This document shows, in pieces, positions 24,624-38,399 of a DNA stretch of 64,000 nucleotides (position 1 is its first letter; each line of letters starts with the position of its first letter). Origin of the DNA: Octopus bimaculoides (taxonomy: Eukaryota); assembly GCF_001194135.2 (NCBI RefSeq), contig NC_068981.1, forward strand, positions 104,060,613 to 104,124,612, read 5' to 3'. Under the pieces are notes generated by a model. That model was given only the letters and a program-made list of their open reading frames with translations, did not search any database and was not told where the DNA came from. Made by a program: the position numbers and the translations under genes.

Positions 24624-25133
24624 NNNNNNNNNNNNNNNNNNNNNNNNNNNNNNNNNNNNNNNNNNNNNNNNNNNNNNNNNNNNNNNNNNNNNNNNNNNNN
24701 NNNNNNNNNNNNNNNNNNNNNNNNNNNNNNNNNNNNNNNNNNNNNNNNNNNNNNNNNNNNNNNNNNNNNNNNNNNNNNNNNNNNNNNNNNNNNNNNNNNN
24801 NNNNNNNNNNNNNNNNNNNNNNNNNNNNNNNNNNNNNNNNNNNNNNNNNNNNNNNNNNNNNNNNNNNNNNNNNNNNNNNNNNNNNNNNNNNNNNNNNNNN
24901 NNNNNNNNNNNNNNNNNNNNNNNNNNNNNNNNNNNNNNNNNNNNNNNNNNNNNNNNNNNNNNNNNNNNNNNNNNNNNNNNNNNNNNNNNNNNNNNNNNNN
25001 NNNNNNNNNNNNNNNNNNNNNNNNNNNNNNNNNNNNNNNNNNNNNNNNNNNNNNNNNNNNNNNNNNNNNNNNNNNNNNNNNNNNNNNNNNNNNNNNNNNN
25101 NNNNNNNNNNNNNNNNNNNNNNNNNNNNNNNNN
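24624..25133. other. Assembly gap (N run)
   Basis: Run of n flanked by (TA)n. Confidence 1.
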
Positions 25134-25149
25134 TATATATATATATATA

Positions 25150-25395
25150 TCATCATCATCGTTTAATGTCCGCCTTCCATGCTAGCATAGGTTGGACGAT
25201 TTGACTGAGGACTGGTGAAACCAGATGGCTACTCCAGGTTCCAATCTGATTTGGCAGAGTTTCTACAGCTGGATGCCCTTCCTAATGCCAACCACTCCGA
25301 GAGTGTAGCGGGTGCTTTTACGTGCCACCGGCACGAAGCCCAGTCAGGCAGTACTGGCAACAGCCACGCTCAAAATGGTGTATTTTACATGCCAT
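25150..25395 (-). mobile_element. Young RTE 3' UTR fragment
   Basis: Close match to the reverse complement of 33850-34058, with a (GAT)n tail. Confidence 0.85.
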
Positions 25396-26065
25396 AAAGT
25401 TTTTATGTATGTATATACCCATACACACATAAATGCACTCATGCTACTGGTTATGTATTTGAATTATAAGTTGTTTCATGAGTGGATCTCTTGACATTTG
25501 AATTGGTCTTGTAGTGAGATCCAGCACTCATCAGTGTTTACCTTGCTGTTAATGCTTACAGAATTTAATTACTTCTTTCCTTCTGTACTTGCTTGCAGTT
25601 TGTTGGTTTATTCCATTTCATTGCTAAGTAACTTCACCTCTGACGCAAGACATTGCTGGTGAGCAAATAAGAGTTGCTGTGTCTGCCCAGTTATCTTGTC
25701 TCTGTTAGCCTTATCATGTATGTGTGTGTGTGTGTGTGTTATACTTATACATCTGTTTGTTGTCTACACCACCTGTCTTCGTATTTTGTTTTTTTTTGTG
25801 AATTCTCCCCCTATGTGTGTGTGTGTAGTGTGATATCTATCTAATTAGTTATAGATATTGTTAAATTGGCAAAATCATTAAGTGTGAAAGGCCACATCTG
25901 ACCAGTCTGAACACAAATCAGGTAGAATATTTCAGTTGCTAAAGAGGTAATCCAGAATATGTGGGTAAAGGCACCTACACCATTGCAGTATTTCCTGTGG
26001 GCCATACTTGAGTCTGGTAATGGCTCAGCAACAGTTCAGGACTGGTGTAATTTCTGGCTGATCTG

Positions 26066-26157
<92 letters not shown>

Positions 26158-29100
26158 CTGTGTATGTCTCTTGCCAGAATTTATTGTAGCAATAACATTG
26201 TTTCTAATACTTATGCTGATTCTGAGCCATCAAACATGTTCATGTTTGTTTACACTTTGGTGTGTTTTAAATGGCAACCCCATGGGATTCCTTATTCACA
26301 AGATGATATAACAATCTATTTAGAATACATCATTGCCACCACCGCCACCACCACCAGCTACAGCATATTCACAGTCATCATTGTCTCTCCTTCATCTCTC
26401 TCTGGCTCCCATTGTGTCAGCTGTTACAGCTTGTGCGGGGTGTGGGAGTAATGGTCTCCACCCTCATCTACCTTATACACACACACCAGTGCTACCTCTC
26501 CCCACTACCACCACCACCTCCACCACCTGGCAATGAATGCCAGTTTGTTTGCTAGCTTGCTCCTTCAATGATGCCCAGAGGGCCTTTAACAGTATTTATA
26601 GTATTTATTATTTGTTAATGTTTGTGTTCGAAATGTCACGCTTGTATGTGGTGGGTCCAATGTTCTTCTCAGCATCAACATCTCTAGTATATCATCATCA
26701 TCATTAGTGGTATCATCTCCAACAACTGCAACAACATTCTTACACACTCACAGCTGTAAAGTTGCATGTAAGCAGTTGTAAGCTCTTTTACACATCATTA
26801 TATCTATCTTAATTAGCATCATCACCATCATCATCAACAGTAGCAGCTATATTCATCACTATATTGATGATGACAGCAATGACAAGGATCATACTGTTGC
26901 TGTTGTAATTCATGATGATAAGAAAGAAGTCAAGAACACATCTGCCATTGAGCCTAATCTAAAAATCTCTGACTGTAGCCAAAGAGTTCTACACACATAC
27001 ACACATCATATGTATGAGTGAGTGAGTAGAAAAATGAAAGAAAGGGCACTCAACACATTTATTATGAGTTACATGTATTATTCAAAACAATTTTATTTGG
27101 ATTCTGTGCTATTTAAAGTTTTGCAGGCCCCCTAATGAAGCCTGTCTCTTTCCTCAGGCTCGTGGAATAGCCAAATGAACAAACATGTGTTTGTATGTCT
27201 GAACACTTTCATATATATATATGTATATATATATATACTCCTTTCTGGAATGCCTCGAAGTGTACACAAAAATTTTAGATAATAGCATGTAAATATTGGT
27301 TTGAAAACTCCTTTTTTGGATAGAAAATTTTGAAGTCAGCCTTGACTTTTTGTATCCAAATAGGGTTTTCTACCCAATATTTACATGTTATTATCTATAG
27401 CTTAATGTGTGTGCTTCAAGATAATCCAAACAAGAATTAGTTCTTGTTCTTTTTAACTTATATAATCCTTATGATGTCAACAGTGTGTGTGTGTATGCAC
27501 TCATGCATGCATGAATGAATGAATGATCCAAAAATATAGGAAGTACAAATACGGTGTGAAAGAACAACAAACAGGTTGATGCTCAGGAGAACTGGAAAAA
27601 AATTTTAACATTTTGAGCCTATACTCTTCTTCAGAATAGTAGTTATGCATATTTGATTGTTTCAGATTGATGTAGTAGAGTTTGAAGGAAAAAACTAAAT
27701 GCTGCATATTTAATCCAGCACTATTACTTTTTATAGACTTTGTTTTGAATTGAAAAATTAAAGCATTTTCTCAAAGTTGTTTATTGTACTTCCATAGGTA
27801 CAGGTGTGACTGTGTGGTAAGAAGCTTGCTTCCAAACCACATTGCACCAGGTTCAGTCCCACTGTGTGGCACAAGTACCAGACTTTAAAAATAACTACTG
27901 GGATTGATTCATTCAACTATAAAATGTTCAAGGGGGTGCCCCAGCATGGCCGCAGTCTGATAAATAAAACAAGTAAAAGAAGATAGCTTCCAATGTATTT
28001 GCTGTAATAGCTATGAGATCTGATTAAACATGTGTTAATGTTAGAGGCTCAGTGTTAGGGTATTGAGAGTAAACCAAGAAAGTTTAGATAAAACTCAAGA
28101 TACATGACTTTCAGATGAAGATGATACAAAACTGCCATATTAAAAGTCATTGAAGGTTATTCATCTTGTAGCAGTCAAATCTTCATTTGAAAAATAATTG
28201 ACACTGGACAGTGTAGTTCTTGGTCTATAAAAAGGTAGCATTCTCATGGTTGGAATGCCTTTGACCTTCTGTGTCTTTAAACCATGGATGACCTGGAGGC
28301 GAAACAACAAAGCAGCCTAAAAAGGTGAAAACCAATGAGATAGCTAAGCCTGTTATACATAGCAAAAAAAAAGTCTTTAAGTTACATCCTAATGTCTTGG
28401 AAAGGGAGGGTCACTATCTGAGTAAAAGTCATATTGGCCAAGGCAAGAATTTCTTTGAAATCTTCCTTAATCAGAATCTGGCAGAATGTAAGCTAATAAA
28501 GAAGCTTCTATGTGATCACTGAACCTGCTGGAAATGGCTGCCAAATCTTCTTTGGATCATACCGTGCTGACTTAAAATAAAAAAAGGATACGTTAGATAA
28601 TCTTAGATATACTATGTCTGAAAAGCAAAAAATAAAGGTAATGTCATGATTGAAAGTCTTTTGATCATAGGTATTCTCAGTCAGAGCAGACTGGGTGTTT
28701 GAGTGAAGAAGAACACTGATATCTGTTGAGATTTTTGATAAACAAAATATTTATTCTTTCTGGAAACAAAAAGCAGATGTTGTCATTATTATGAAAGACA
28801 AAATATTGATAGAGTTTGGATTGATGTGGTTGTAGCAGCAGTCAAAAAGTTAGCTACTGGTCCTTGTATTGTTGTCACTGATCATTCATTGCGGTTAGCT
28901 GCTTGCTGTGCCACTGACTTGTAATGTCTTCTGCTCTCTGACTGCTCATTGCCTTTATGTTATCCTTTTGGCTCTGCTGATGCCAAAAGGCCTTCTCCTA
29001 TGGTGTTGGCCATCTCCTATGGTGTCTCTATGCTGTCTCTCAATACTCTTTCTGTCTAAGTAGCTAAGGTATACCAAATTTATTGTGAAGGTTAGACTGA

Positions 29101-30418
29101 GAAATAAGCATGTCAAAATATTGAATTGTCATTGGAGCCAGTTCCATGCAAAGTTTTGATTGGACAGATTTTTTCAATCACGTGGTTAGTATTCTAGCAA
29201 ATCATGACATTGGATGTAGTAATCTGATTGCTGAATATTCCCACAACAAATTAAACAACAACCTAACAGGATACTGTAATACTAACACTTTCAAGCACTG
29301 TTAATCCAAACATCTTGCAATTGAAAATGCTGATGATTCAAGAGTTTCATTTTGCCACGCTCTTGGATTAACTCAAGTCACAAATGTGGAATTTATCAGT
29401 AAACTTTCCTCTTTATTACTAAATGACCATCCATCCTCTTCCTAGGCATTATGAATCATATTTTCTGTTGTTCATGACATCATACCTTAATTAGCTATCT
29501 TTTATTTGTTATTGTTGTTGTTGGGCTTCCGATTTTCTTGGCTTTTTTTGTCTGTTTTACTGTTTTTTTAACCAATCACCAATGTAGCTATTTTCCTGCT
29601 AGACAACTCACCCACAAAACCAGTGGACCAATAAAAGTGTTACGTTGTTGCTTCGCCTGCTAGAAATATGAACCAAATCTTTCTCATATACCCTATTGTC
29701 TTAAAAAAAAGGACAAGTCTGAAAAAATTGAACAGCAGGATGGGATGGTCACAATTAGAACGTATTTGACCATAAGGATGCTTGATCAGAACTAACTTGT
29801 AGATTCCCTCTACATTTTGTGTTCAAATCCACCCCTGTCAACCTTGCCTTTTATCCTTCCAAGTTCAATAAGATAATCACCAGTGCTATACTGGTAGTAA
29901 CTCAAATGACTTTCCCTGTCTTCTCTGCCAGTGTTGGCCTCTAGCTTAGTCACAAGAAATCTAATTATCTGCCTGGTTTGATGCTGCTTAAGCTGTCTTT
30001 CCATTGCCAATTTATAGATGACTTGAAGAAGGAAGAAAGGAAGCAAACAAGAAGGATAGCAACTGAATTCATAAATGGATATGCAATATGCACATTAAAA
30101 TATCAGCTACACTTTGGTTATGGCAGGAAAATAACTCATATATACATATATACACATATGAATGCATATATTCCATAACTGATATCTAAGAAACACACCA
30201 ATACAAAACAGCTAAGCTAACTGAATCTTCTATTCTTATTCCTGTATGAGCAAAAATTCTGTTCCTCTATCCATCACGGCAAATAGACATGACAGCAGAA
30301 CTTGATAATTTCTTGGAAAGTTTCTGTTATTCTATGCAATAGCTAACACCTTCATTATCTTCCACAACTGAGTGAATCCAGGAAATTGCTGCTATGCCAA
30401 GATCAGCATGTATTTGTA

Positions 30419-30451
<33 letters not shown>

Positions 30452-32039
30452 TAGTGTCTGCTTAAATGCTACAGAACTTGGCAGAATACTGTTGTACACG
30501 CATGCATACACACAAACACATGCTTTCTTTCTCCATCTCACTCACTCTCTCTCATACACATTCGTTCATAGTTTTTCTTCTGGAAACTTGTTGGATTTTG
30601 GCTAAGGAAAGCTTTCTTAAAAAAAAATTCACGATTAAAATATAATGTATGGCAAGTATTCAGCTAAAGGAAGTTATGTCAACCTCATCAGCAACAGTAA
30701 CAAGGAACAGTATTCTCAATTGTCATAATCAGTATCACCACTTTTGTCATAATCATCATCTTAATATTTGTGAAGAGAATGGTGAAACCTCAGTGTGGAA
30801 GTGACCACAGTTACTCAACTCACTAGAAGTAGCAGCCAAATTTCCTTCAAATCACAGTCTAATGGTTAAAAAAAAAATAAAAGTACAGTGCAGAATATAG
30901 TCATAGATATGCAAAAAAACATAAGATGGCCTCAGCTGGAATCCCTTTTAGTTAGACTTCTGCTCTGTGCCTGACCTGTGGCTAAGCAACAACAGCATTA
31001 TTGTTTGATGTCTGTTGTCCATGCTGGCATTGGCTGGATGGTTTGACCAGAGCTGGCAAGCAGGTGACCTACACCAAATTCCAGTCTGATTTGGTTTGGT
31101 TTCTACAGCCGGATGCCTTTCTTAATGCCAACCACTTTACAGAGTGTCCTGGGTGCTTTTTACATGGCACTGACATGGGCGTTTTTAGGTGGTGCCAGCA
31201 CAGGAGCTACTATGTGGTGCTGGCATGGGTGTAACCACTATCTCATCAATGCTAGCATGGAAAATAGGTTTGAAAGTTTTCTCCTTTTTTTTTCTCTTCT
31301 GTAAGAAAATACATCAGTGTCTTGTCACTTGTTGCAGTCCTTTGTTATTTTCTTCGTGAGGTACAGCTCTCTGAGATCAATTTTCATCACTTTTACCTGT
31401 ATCTTCCTTGGTCTTTCTCTTTCACAGGTTCTTTACACATTGACACATTGATCACTTATCTCTACTTAATTATTATCTTTTATATGCTTCATTTGTCTGT
31501 GCTCTCTACATTGGATTCCTCTTATATCTAGTTTTGCTTCTAGCTCATTTGTACTCTGTCATTCATGCACTCAAACATTACATATCCAAATGAATTTCTG
31601 AAAGGGTGATTCATACATAGCAAGTTCAAAACAGTATAGTATAGTAGTGTATAGTATAAGGAACATGGGATGAGTTCAGTGTTCTGGTTCACCAGTGGCT
31701 ATAGTGTGTTGTTGAACAAAGGCTGTTTATGTATGTGGCAAATAGTTTTGTTTTAAATGTGGTTTAGGATGTTTGTTGTGATGTGGTAGTGAGATGACAG
31801 AATTGTTAACATGCCAGACAAAATGCTTGGTGGCATTTTGGCCATCTTTATGTTCTGAGTTAAAATTCTGCAGAGGTCAACTTTACTTTTCATCCTTTCA
31901 GAGACATCAATAAAATGAGTACCAGTTGAATACTGGGGTTGATTTAATTGACTTAGCTCTTCTCTCAAACTTGCTGGCCTTGTGCCAAAATCTGAAACCA
32001 ATATTATCAGGGCTTAGTTTTACAAATGAAGTTTAATGT

Positions 32040-32352
32040 TCAGATTGACTGCAGGTTTACTGGTAGCTGATGAGCCAGTGTAGCAGAGGCAGACCCACCC
32101 ACAGCAGCTGCAAAAGAAATTCTGCTCATTACTGCTAGGAGAAGAGGCAGACAGATGAATGGTTTGTCACTTGGCCTTGAAATTGTAGGCCATAACAGAC
32201 AACTGGCAGTGGCTATTTTGACAGAAAGCAAGGCATTTCCTCAGAAAATCTTTTTGCATTTTTCTCTTCTGCCCTTTGACAAGGTGGCCAGTGGAGAGTT
32301 TGCCATACAGTACTGCCTTGAACTGGCAATGATCCTCCTTTTTGTGAAATGA
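32040..32352 (-). pseudogene. RTE-BovB-type LINE C-terminal remnant
   Basis: FKAVLYGKLSTGHLVKGQKRKMQKDFLRKCL..FCSCCGWVCL resembles PKxxLYGELxxG..KRYKDxLK..CxxCGRxC. Confidence 0.6.
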
Positions 32353-33033
32353 TAAATCTATCATTTCACAAGATGGTGACTGTGCTCTTATGTTGTATGA
32401 ATATATATATACAATTCAAACGCTGGATAATGTTGTTGCTTAGCCCTAGGTCAGCTTTGATCCAACAAACCTAGGATAATTTGATAGGCACTCTACACCA
32501 AAGAGTGTGTTATCTAATATGTTTTTCTTTATTAGAGTATGATTTAAGAAAGATTTTACTTGTATTTCTACCACCTAAGCAACTGCACCTAGAATCACTT
32601 GGCTTGTTCATGTACTAATATGATTGTATGGGGATGTAGTAGTGCTCTGATGTCTTGATGGTGGTGAATAGCATGATAATGCAAGTGATGTGCCATGTTG
32701 CTGTGCTAATGTAATATGATTGTAATACGCTTGCATGTGAAAAATTAATGTGATGTGATGTTGTATACGATGCTGTGTCCATGTGATGTTACAGTGTGTT
32801 ATGACGTTTTCGTCTACCCCAGACATTTACTACAGTCAATACAATTGATTTAACTCTTCCCTTACAATCATTGTATTACTTTTGTTGAAGCAGAAAAAGT
32901 AGGGAACAAAATTAATTGGTTTGCAGAATTTCTTTTTTTTCTTTTTTGCATCTATTTTCTATGGTCAAATTCTACTTTTCCCTATACCACTCATGTAGGT
33001 AAGATAAATACTATATATATATATATAATTATT

Positions 33034-34027
33034 AAACAGGACAGCAAACATGAAGGCAAGGCAAACATCTCAAGTCATGTACAATATTATTATAGGAAGA
33101 AATTCTAAATCTTACATTTTTTTTCTGGGATATTTTGTCATCAGAAACAAATAGGGGGAAAAAATAGGGAAAATGACAATGATTTATATTAATAAGATGA
33201 CAACATAGAGGAAGGGAGTGAAAGAATAAGGAATGGAAAGAAAGAAGAAAAACGAAGCATAAAGGTTCATAGTTCAACTTTCCGAAGTTATAGAAACCAG
33301 ACCACATGGATCTATGCAGGATTGCACTTAAGGACTCATGCTCTGGTTTCTATAACTTTGGAAAGTTGATCTATGAACTTTTATGCTTTGTTTTTCTTCT
33401 TTCTTTCCATCTCCTTATTCTTTTCTCCCTTCCTCTATGTTGTCATCTTATTAATATATACCATTCTCATTTTCCCTATTTGTATCTGTTGACGGAATAT
33501 CCTATACTCGGGGCTATAACAGAAACAGCTGTAAGATTTTGAATTTCTTCCTATAATAATATTGTCCTCACCGAGGCGATGACTACTGACCGAGACCTTT
33601 GGAAATGTGCTGTGCGTGAGAAGACCCGGCAAGCCAAGTAAGATCGTTGCCAGTGCCCCTGGACTGGCTCTTGTGCGGGTGGCACATAAGATGCACCATT
33701 TTGAGCGTGGCCGTTGCCAGTACCGCCTGACTGGCTTCCGTAGGATTTTCGAGCGAGATCGTTGCCAGTGCCCCTGGACTGGCTTGTGCGGGTGGCACAT
33801 AAAAGACACCATTTCGAGCGTGGCCGTTGCCAGTATCGCCTGACTGGCCCTCGTACAGGTGACACATAAAAGCACCTACTACACTCTCTGAGTGGTTAGC
33901 GTTAGGAAGGGCATCCAGCTGTAGAAACTCTGCCAAATTTAGATTGGAGCCTGGTGTTGCCATCCGGTTTCACCAGTCCTCAGTCAAGTCGTCCAACCCA
34001 TGCTAGCATGGAAAGCGGACGTTAAAC

Positions 34028-34059
<32 letters not shown>

Positions 34060-34084
34060 CTTGAGATGTTTGCTTTCCTGTTTA
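33034..34084. mobile_element. Palindromic PLE-type repeat with degenerate HHRs; right arm interrupted by RTE
   Basis: Arms 33081-33301 and 33342-33565 with a 40-bp spacer. The left-arm sequence gcaaacatctcaagtcat reappears inverted after the RTE tail (34056-34084). HHR remnants lie at 33486-33537 (+) and 33108-33148 (-). Confidence 0.7.
33566..34058 (+). mobile_element. Young 5'-truncated RTE LINE
   Basis: LTEAMTTDRDLWKCAVREKTRQAK* (33567-33641), then a tandem-hairpin 3' UTR and a (GAT)n tail. CpGs are intact. Confidence 0.9.
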
Positions 34085-34281
34085 TCAATTACATATCCAC
34101 TGCATCAGAAATCTGCAATGGTTCCATAACTACCATCTCGGCTATAACCTTGGAGCCCCAGTAATCCATTACACCACTTACCTAGCTAATGTACCTAATC
34201 ATTTAGATCACCTGTGAACTAAACCCCCATACTTTGTGTGTGTGTGTATACATACATACATACATACATATATATATATAT

Positions 34282-34324
<43 letters not shown>

Positions 34325-34391
34325 TAAATAAAATGAGATAGCAAAGCCAAGGCTGTGTGGAATTTATAGGACATTTATAAATAGAATGGTA

Positions 34392-34438
34392 GTCTTACAG
34401 CTGTTTCTGAGATATTGTGATATCCCTTCATCAGAGAC
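34392..34438 (-). ncRNA. Minimal type I hammerhead with a palindromic loop 3
   Basis: The reverse complement reads GTCT-CTGATGA-A-GGGATAT-caca-ATATCTC-A-GAAAC-agct-GT-A-AGAC. ACAGCTGT is a perfect palindrome, and there is an A.A mismatch at the base of stem II. Confidence 0.7.
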
Positions 34439-34732
34439 GATATGAGAGACTTAACTAGAGGGAAATAGTAGAGTTCAATATGAGTTATTTTGGAAAAGGA
34501 TGGGTATAGGAAGTATAAAAGGAAATAAGAGAATAAAAATAATAATAAAGATATATGTAGGATGTTACAGTTGCAGTTCCATCATCCAAGTAAAATGCTG
34601 TGTAAAATGGGTAGAAATGCTTCTTGTCCATATGTAGATTCTGACAGGAGTTCATATTTTGTTATTACAAATGGATAGTGTTAAGACATAAATTTCATGT
34701 GCTGTTCATTTAAAGGGGTCTTGTGGTGTGTA

Positions 34733-34808
<76 letters not shown>

Positions 34809-34893
34809 CACACACACACCAGAATCAATGCAACTGACTCCTGCTCCTTTCCAAAGTCACTTTATGTTATTGCAAGATTTTCATTTTTACCAT

Positions 34894-35295
34894 TCTTTTA
34901 TCTTTTACTTATTTCAGTCATTTGACTGTGGTCGTGCTGGGGCACCACTTTGAAGGGTCTTTAATCAAATGAATCGACTTCAGTACTTATTTTATTTATT
35001 TTTTGAAGCCTGGTACTTATTCTATCAGCACCTTTTGCTGAACCACTAAGTTGTGGGGATGTAAACACACCAACACCAGTTGTCAGGTAGTGGTGGAGAA
35101 CAAAAACATACACACACACACATGTATATAGATGATGGGCTTCTTTCAGTTTCCATCTTACAAATCCACTAACAAGGCTTTGGTTGACCTGGAGCTATAG
35201 CAGAAGACACTTGCCCAAGGTGCCACACAGTGCGACTGAACCCAGAACCATGTGGTTGGTAAGCAAGTTTCTTACCACACAGCCATACCTGTACC
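34894..35295 (-). mobile_element. SINE family 1 copy
   Basis: Colinear with 11981-12376. Confidence 0.85.
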
Positions 35296-35710
35296 TCTTT
35301 TTCCCTTCTAATTTCCCACTGCCAAGGTAGACTTGTTGTTTGTGCCTTTCTAAAACTGCAGCTTAGATCAGTAACAATGCCATTTAATGGTCCAGAGTTT
35401 TACAATTCTTTAACTAAAAGTCCAACAATTTATCCACTAATTCAGTATGTCTCCCCATGTTAAAGGTTATTAACAAATAACAGGAGAGCAAACTATACAA
35501 TACGCTGGTGCTTCTTCCATGCACAGACTTAATATTAAGCATCTGATTGGAATCATGACTGGGCAAGATTATATATGTAAATAGAAATTGCTTGTGTTAT
35601 CCTTGTGTTTGCTATGAATTCTCTTGTCATCTTCTCTCTTCTGATTATTCAGGTGGTAATACTTTCCACTTCTGTGTTGGCATTTTTAATAATGACATTA
35701 TTAATTTAGT

Positions 35711-35772
<62 letters not shown>

Positions 35773-37289
35773 TGTGTGTGTGAGAGGGGGGGGCAGGGAG
35801 AGAAAAGTTAGTAAGAAGTGAATATTTCATTCCCTACAGCCATTTTCATTTGCTGAAATCATTTTGAGAAGCATCATGGGAAAGGAATGTTTTTTTTTCC
35901 TTTTTCAGTTATTGAGACCAGATTAAATTGGTTTTGTTTTCTACTTTCTTTCTATGAGTTTTCAAAAACTTTCTCTTAAGACTTTATTAATTTGTTGATT
36001 CCTTCTTCATTCTTATTTATTCATAGATGAAAGAATTCAGTTAATCATCTAACTTTGTTTTTATAGACTTTTTATTGATATCGTTTCTTACTCCTATCTT
36101 CGTTAACTTTTTTTTTTTTTTTTTTTCTGTGATTTTTTACTAAGCAGTGGTCCACTAGTTTTGAAGCAGATAAAAACTAGGATACTTTAACAGGTACCAT
36201 GTGAATTATTAATGCATTCCAAATGAAAAAAAAAAGCATTTTGAAGTGGAAGAAGTATAGATTAATCATATAAGATTTAGAAAAGTAAGATTAAATTTTA
36301 ACCACTTGCACTCCTCAAAAGATATAATGCAGAACCAAGATATGTAGTTTTATCCTCGGACACCATTTTGCTTTCTGTGCAACAGTTTTATCATGTATTG
36401 TATTCAATCTAGCACCTCTCCACACCATTCAACTCATGTACAAAATATATTAATATAGATATGGTTCCATGTTCAGTCCTATTGTGCAGCATCTTGGAGA
36501 AAATATCTTCTAATATAACCTCAGATCAGCCAATGTCTTGTGAGTGGATTTGTTAGACAGAAACTGAAAGAAGCCTCTCTGTGTGTGTGCGTTTGCATTG
36601 TGTGTGTGTGTGTGTGTAAGTGTTTGTCTCCACCACTGATTGACAACTGGTGTTGGTTCATATATGTCCCTGTTACCTAGCAGTTCAGCAAAAGAGACTG
36701 AGAGAATAAGTACCATGCTTAAAAAAAAAATTACTAGGATTAATTTCTTCAACAAAAATTCTTCAAGGAGGTGTCTCTCCTAGAGATTAAAAGATATATT
36801 TAGCATTTTTACCTAATATATTGGTTTAATACAAAAATGGTGTAAGTGTTACTAAATTATTGGAATTAGTCAATCATAGGTTTTATTTACAAACACATGG
36901 AGGGTTTTGAGTTTGGTCATATTGTGCAGCACCTTGAGTAAGTGTCGTCTACTACAACCTCAGGTTAACAAATGCTTTGCAAGTGAAGTTGGTAACTTCA
37001 CAGTTGAAAACTAGGAAACCTGTCATGAAGGTTGATATCCCATGCTTGTCGTTGCTTGACAAAAAGTGTTATGATGTTTACATTCCTTTTTGACATTTCA
37101 ATTTGCTGTTCTGTGCTTTTGAAGACTTATGAAGTAAAAAGATATCATACTTGAAAAAGAGCTAAGGGTTGGTGATCTGTCCAGAAAATCCTGTCACAAA
37201 TCCATATCCAACCCATGCCAGCATGGGAAAATGGAAAGTAAATGATTGAAGGAAATCATAACTTTCTCTTATTTTTTATTAATTTCATG

Positions 37290-37940
37290 AATAAAAATGT
37301 TTGTACATCATTCCAAAATGACAGATGTAACTCTGGGCAAATTATCTTAGTTCTGAAAAATGTTCACAGTGTATAATGATCGTCATAAATGTCATCACCA
37401 TCTGGAAATTATGGAAGCTCATCAAATTTTATTTCCAGTAATGAATTTGTTTTGAAGTCAATAAGTTCCATTTATATGTTACTAGGCATTTTCCTGATTT
37501 TTTTTTTTACTTATTCACTAATTTATAAATGTGAGAATACAGTCTTCTTCTTTAGTAACATCATGAAAGCAATTTCGAATGATTCTTTCAATAACCCAAT
37601 TTCCCCTTGTGCTTTGGAAAATTACCATTATCCTCAACACATCCATGTTGTTCTTAACACCCTGTTGAAACTTTTCGAAGTCAAAAGCCCAATCCAGTAA
37701 TGATTCTGTTGCAATACAGAAATGAATGACAAAAGAAGGGATTAGAGTTTTTTGTTTTTTTTCCTCTTACATTAAAGAAATCCTCACTTCCTTTGAAATG
37801 AATGTAAATATGATTCAAACAATTCTTGTGATATCATGCCATTCATGGATGCATGTCTGATGCAGTCCTATGCAGTGCTATATCTTATAGGAAAGTGCAG
37901 AAACGGTTTCAAATCTTTTGAGGGAAACACTGTTCTTACA
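37290..37940 (-). pseudogene. Old hAT transposase remnant (C-terminal half)
   Basis: Frameshifted pieces KEVRISLM*EEKN..LLDWAF..LKESFE..FHDVTKEEDCILTFIN..MELIDFKTNSLLEIKFDELP..CPELH follow the order of hAT motifs (EIxxFL, WLxDLAF, RFxD, QMELIDLxxNxxLKxKF, FPEL). Confidence 0.5.
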
Positions 37941-37961
37941 CTGCAGTTCAAATTTAGATGA

Positions 37962-38177
37962 CTCTCTCTCTTTTACTCTTTTACTTGTTTCAGTCATTTG
38001 ACTGCGGCCATGCTGGAGCACCGCCTTTAGTCGAATCAAATCGACCCCAGGACTTATTCTTTGTAAGCCTAGTACTTATTCTATCGGTCTCTTTTTGCCG
38101 AACCGCTAAGTTACGGGGACGTAAACACACCAGCATCGGTTGTCAAGCGATGGTGGGGGAACAAACACAGACACGCA

Positions 38178-38221
<44 letters not shown>

Positions 38222-38261
38222 TACGACGGGCATCTTTCAGTTTCCGTCTACCAAATCCACT
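37962..38261 (-). mobile_element. Young SINE family 1 copy, 5'-truncated
   Basis: CpG-intact tail (gactgcggccatgctggagcaccgcc). Confidence 0.85.
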
Positions 38262-38399
38262 AATTACATCAATTAAAAATGTTAGTGTTTTTCATCTAGA
38301 AACTCATATACAGTTTTTTTTACATTTTCCAAAATCTTCTCAGTGCCTGTTCTAGAAAGCCAGTGTACTTGTGACAGCAGCTGAAGCCATATACTGGGG

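Noticed and set aside
27145-27215. CTAATGA-A-GCCTG..CAGGC hairpin as an HHR (also CTGATGA at about 248)
   Set aside because: The core is mutated and no GAAA follows stem II. At best these are dead remnants.
29240-29460. SFCHALGLTQV resembling a CR1-group endonuclease piece
   Set aside because: Too short and degenerate to call without a profile search.
33645-33870. CRISPR-like repeat-spacer appearance (also 13960-14065)
   Set aside because: The spacers repeat (A-B-A-B), the arrays lie inside eukaryotic TEs, and no cas genes are present.
37626-37705. Minus-strand exon candidate SLLDWAFDFEKFQQGVKNNMDVLRIM with good splice sites
   Set aside because: It is embedded in colinear hAT transposase remnants. 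Exonisation cannot be excluded without RNA data.
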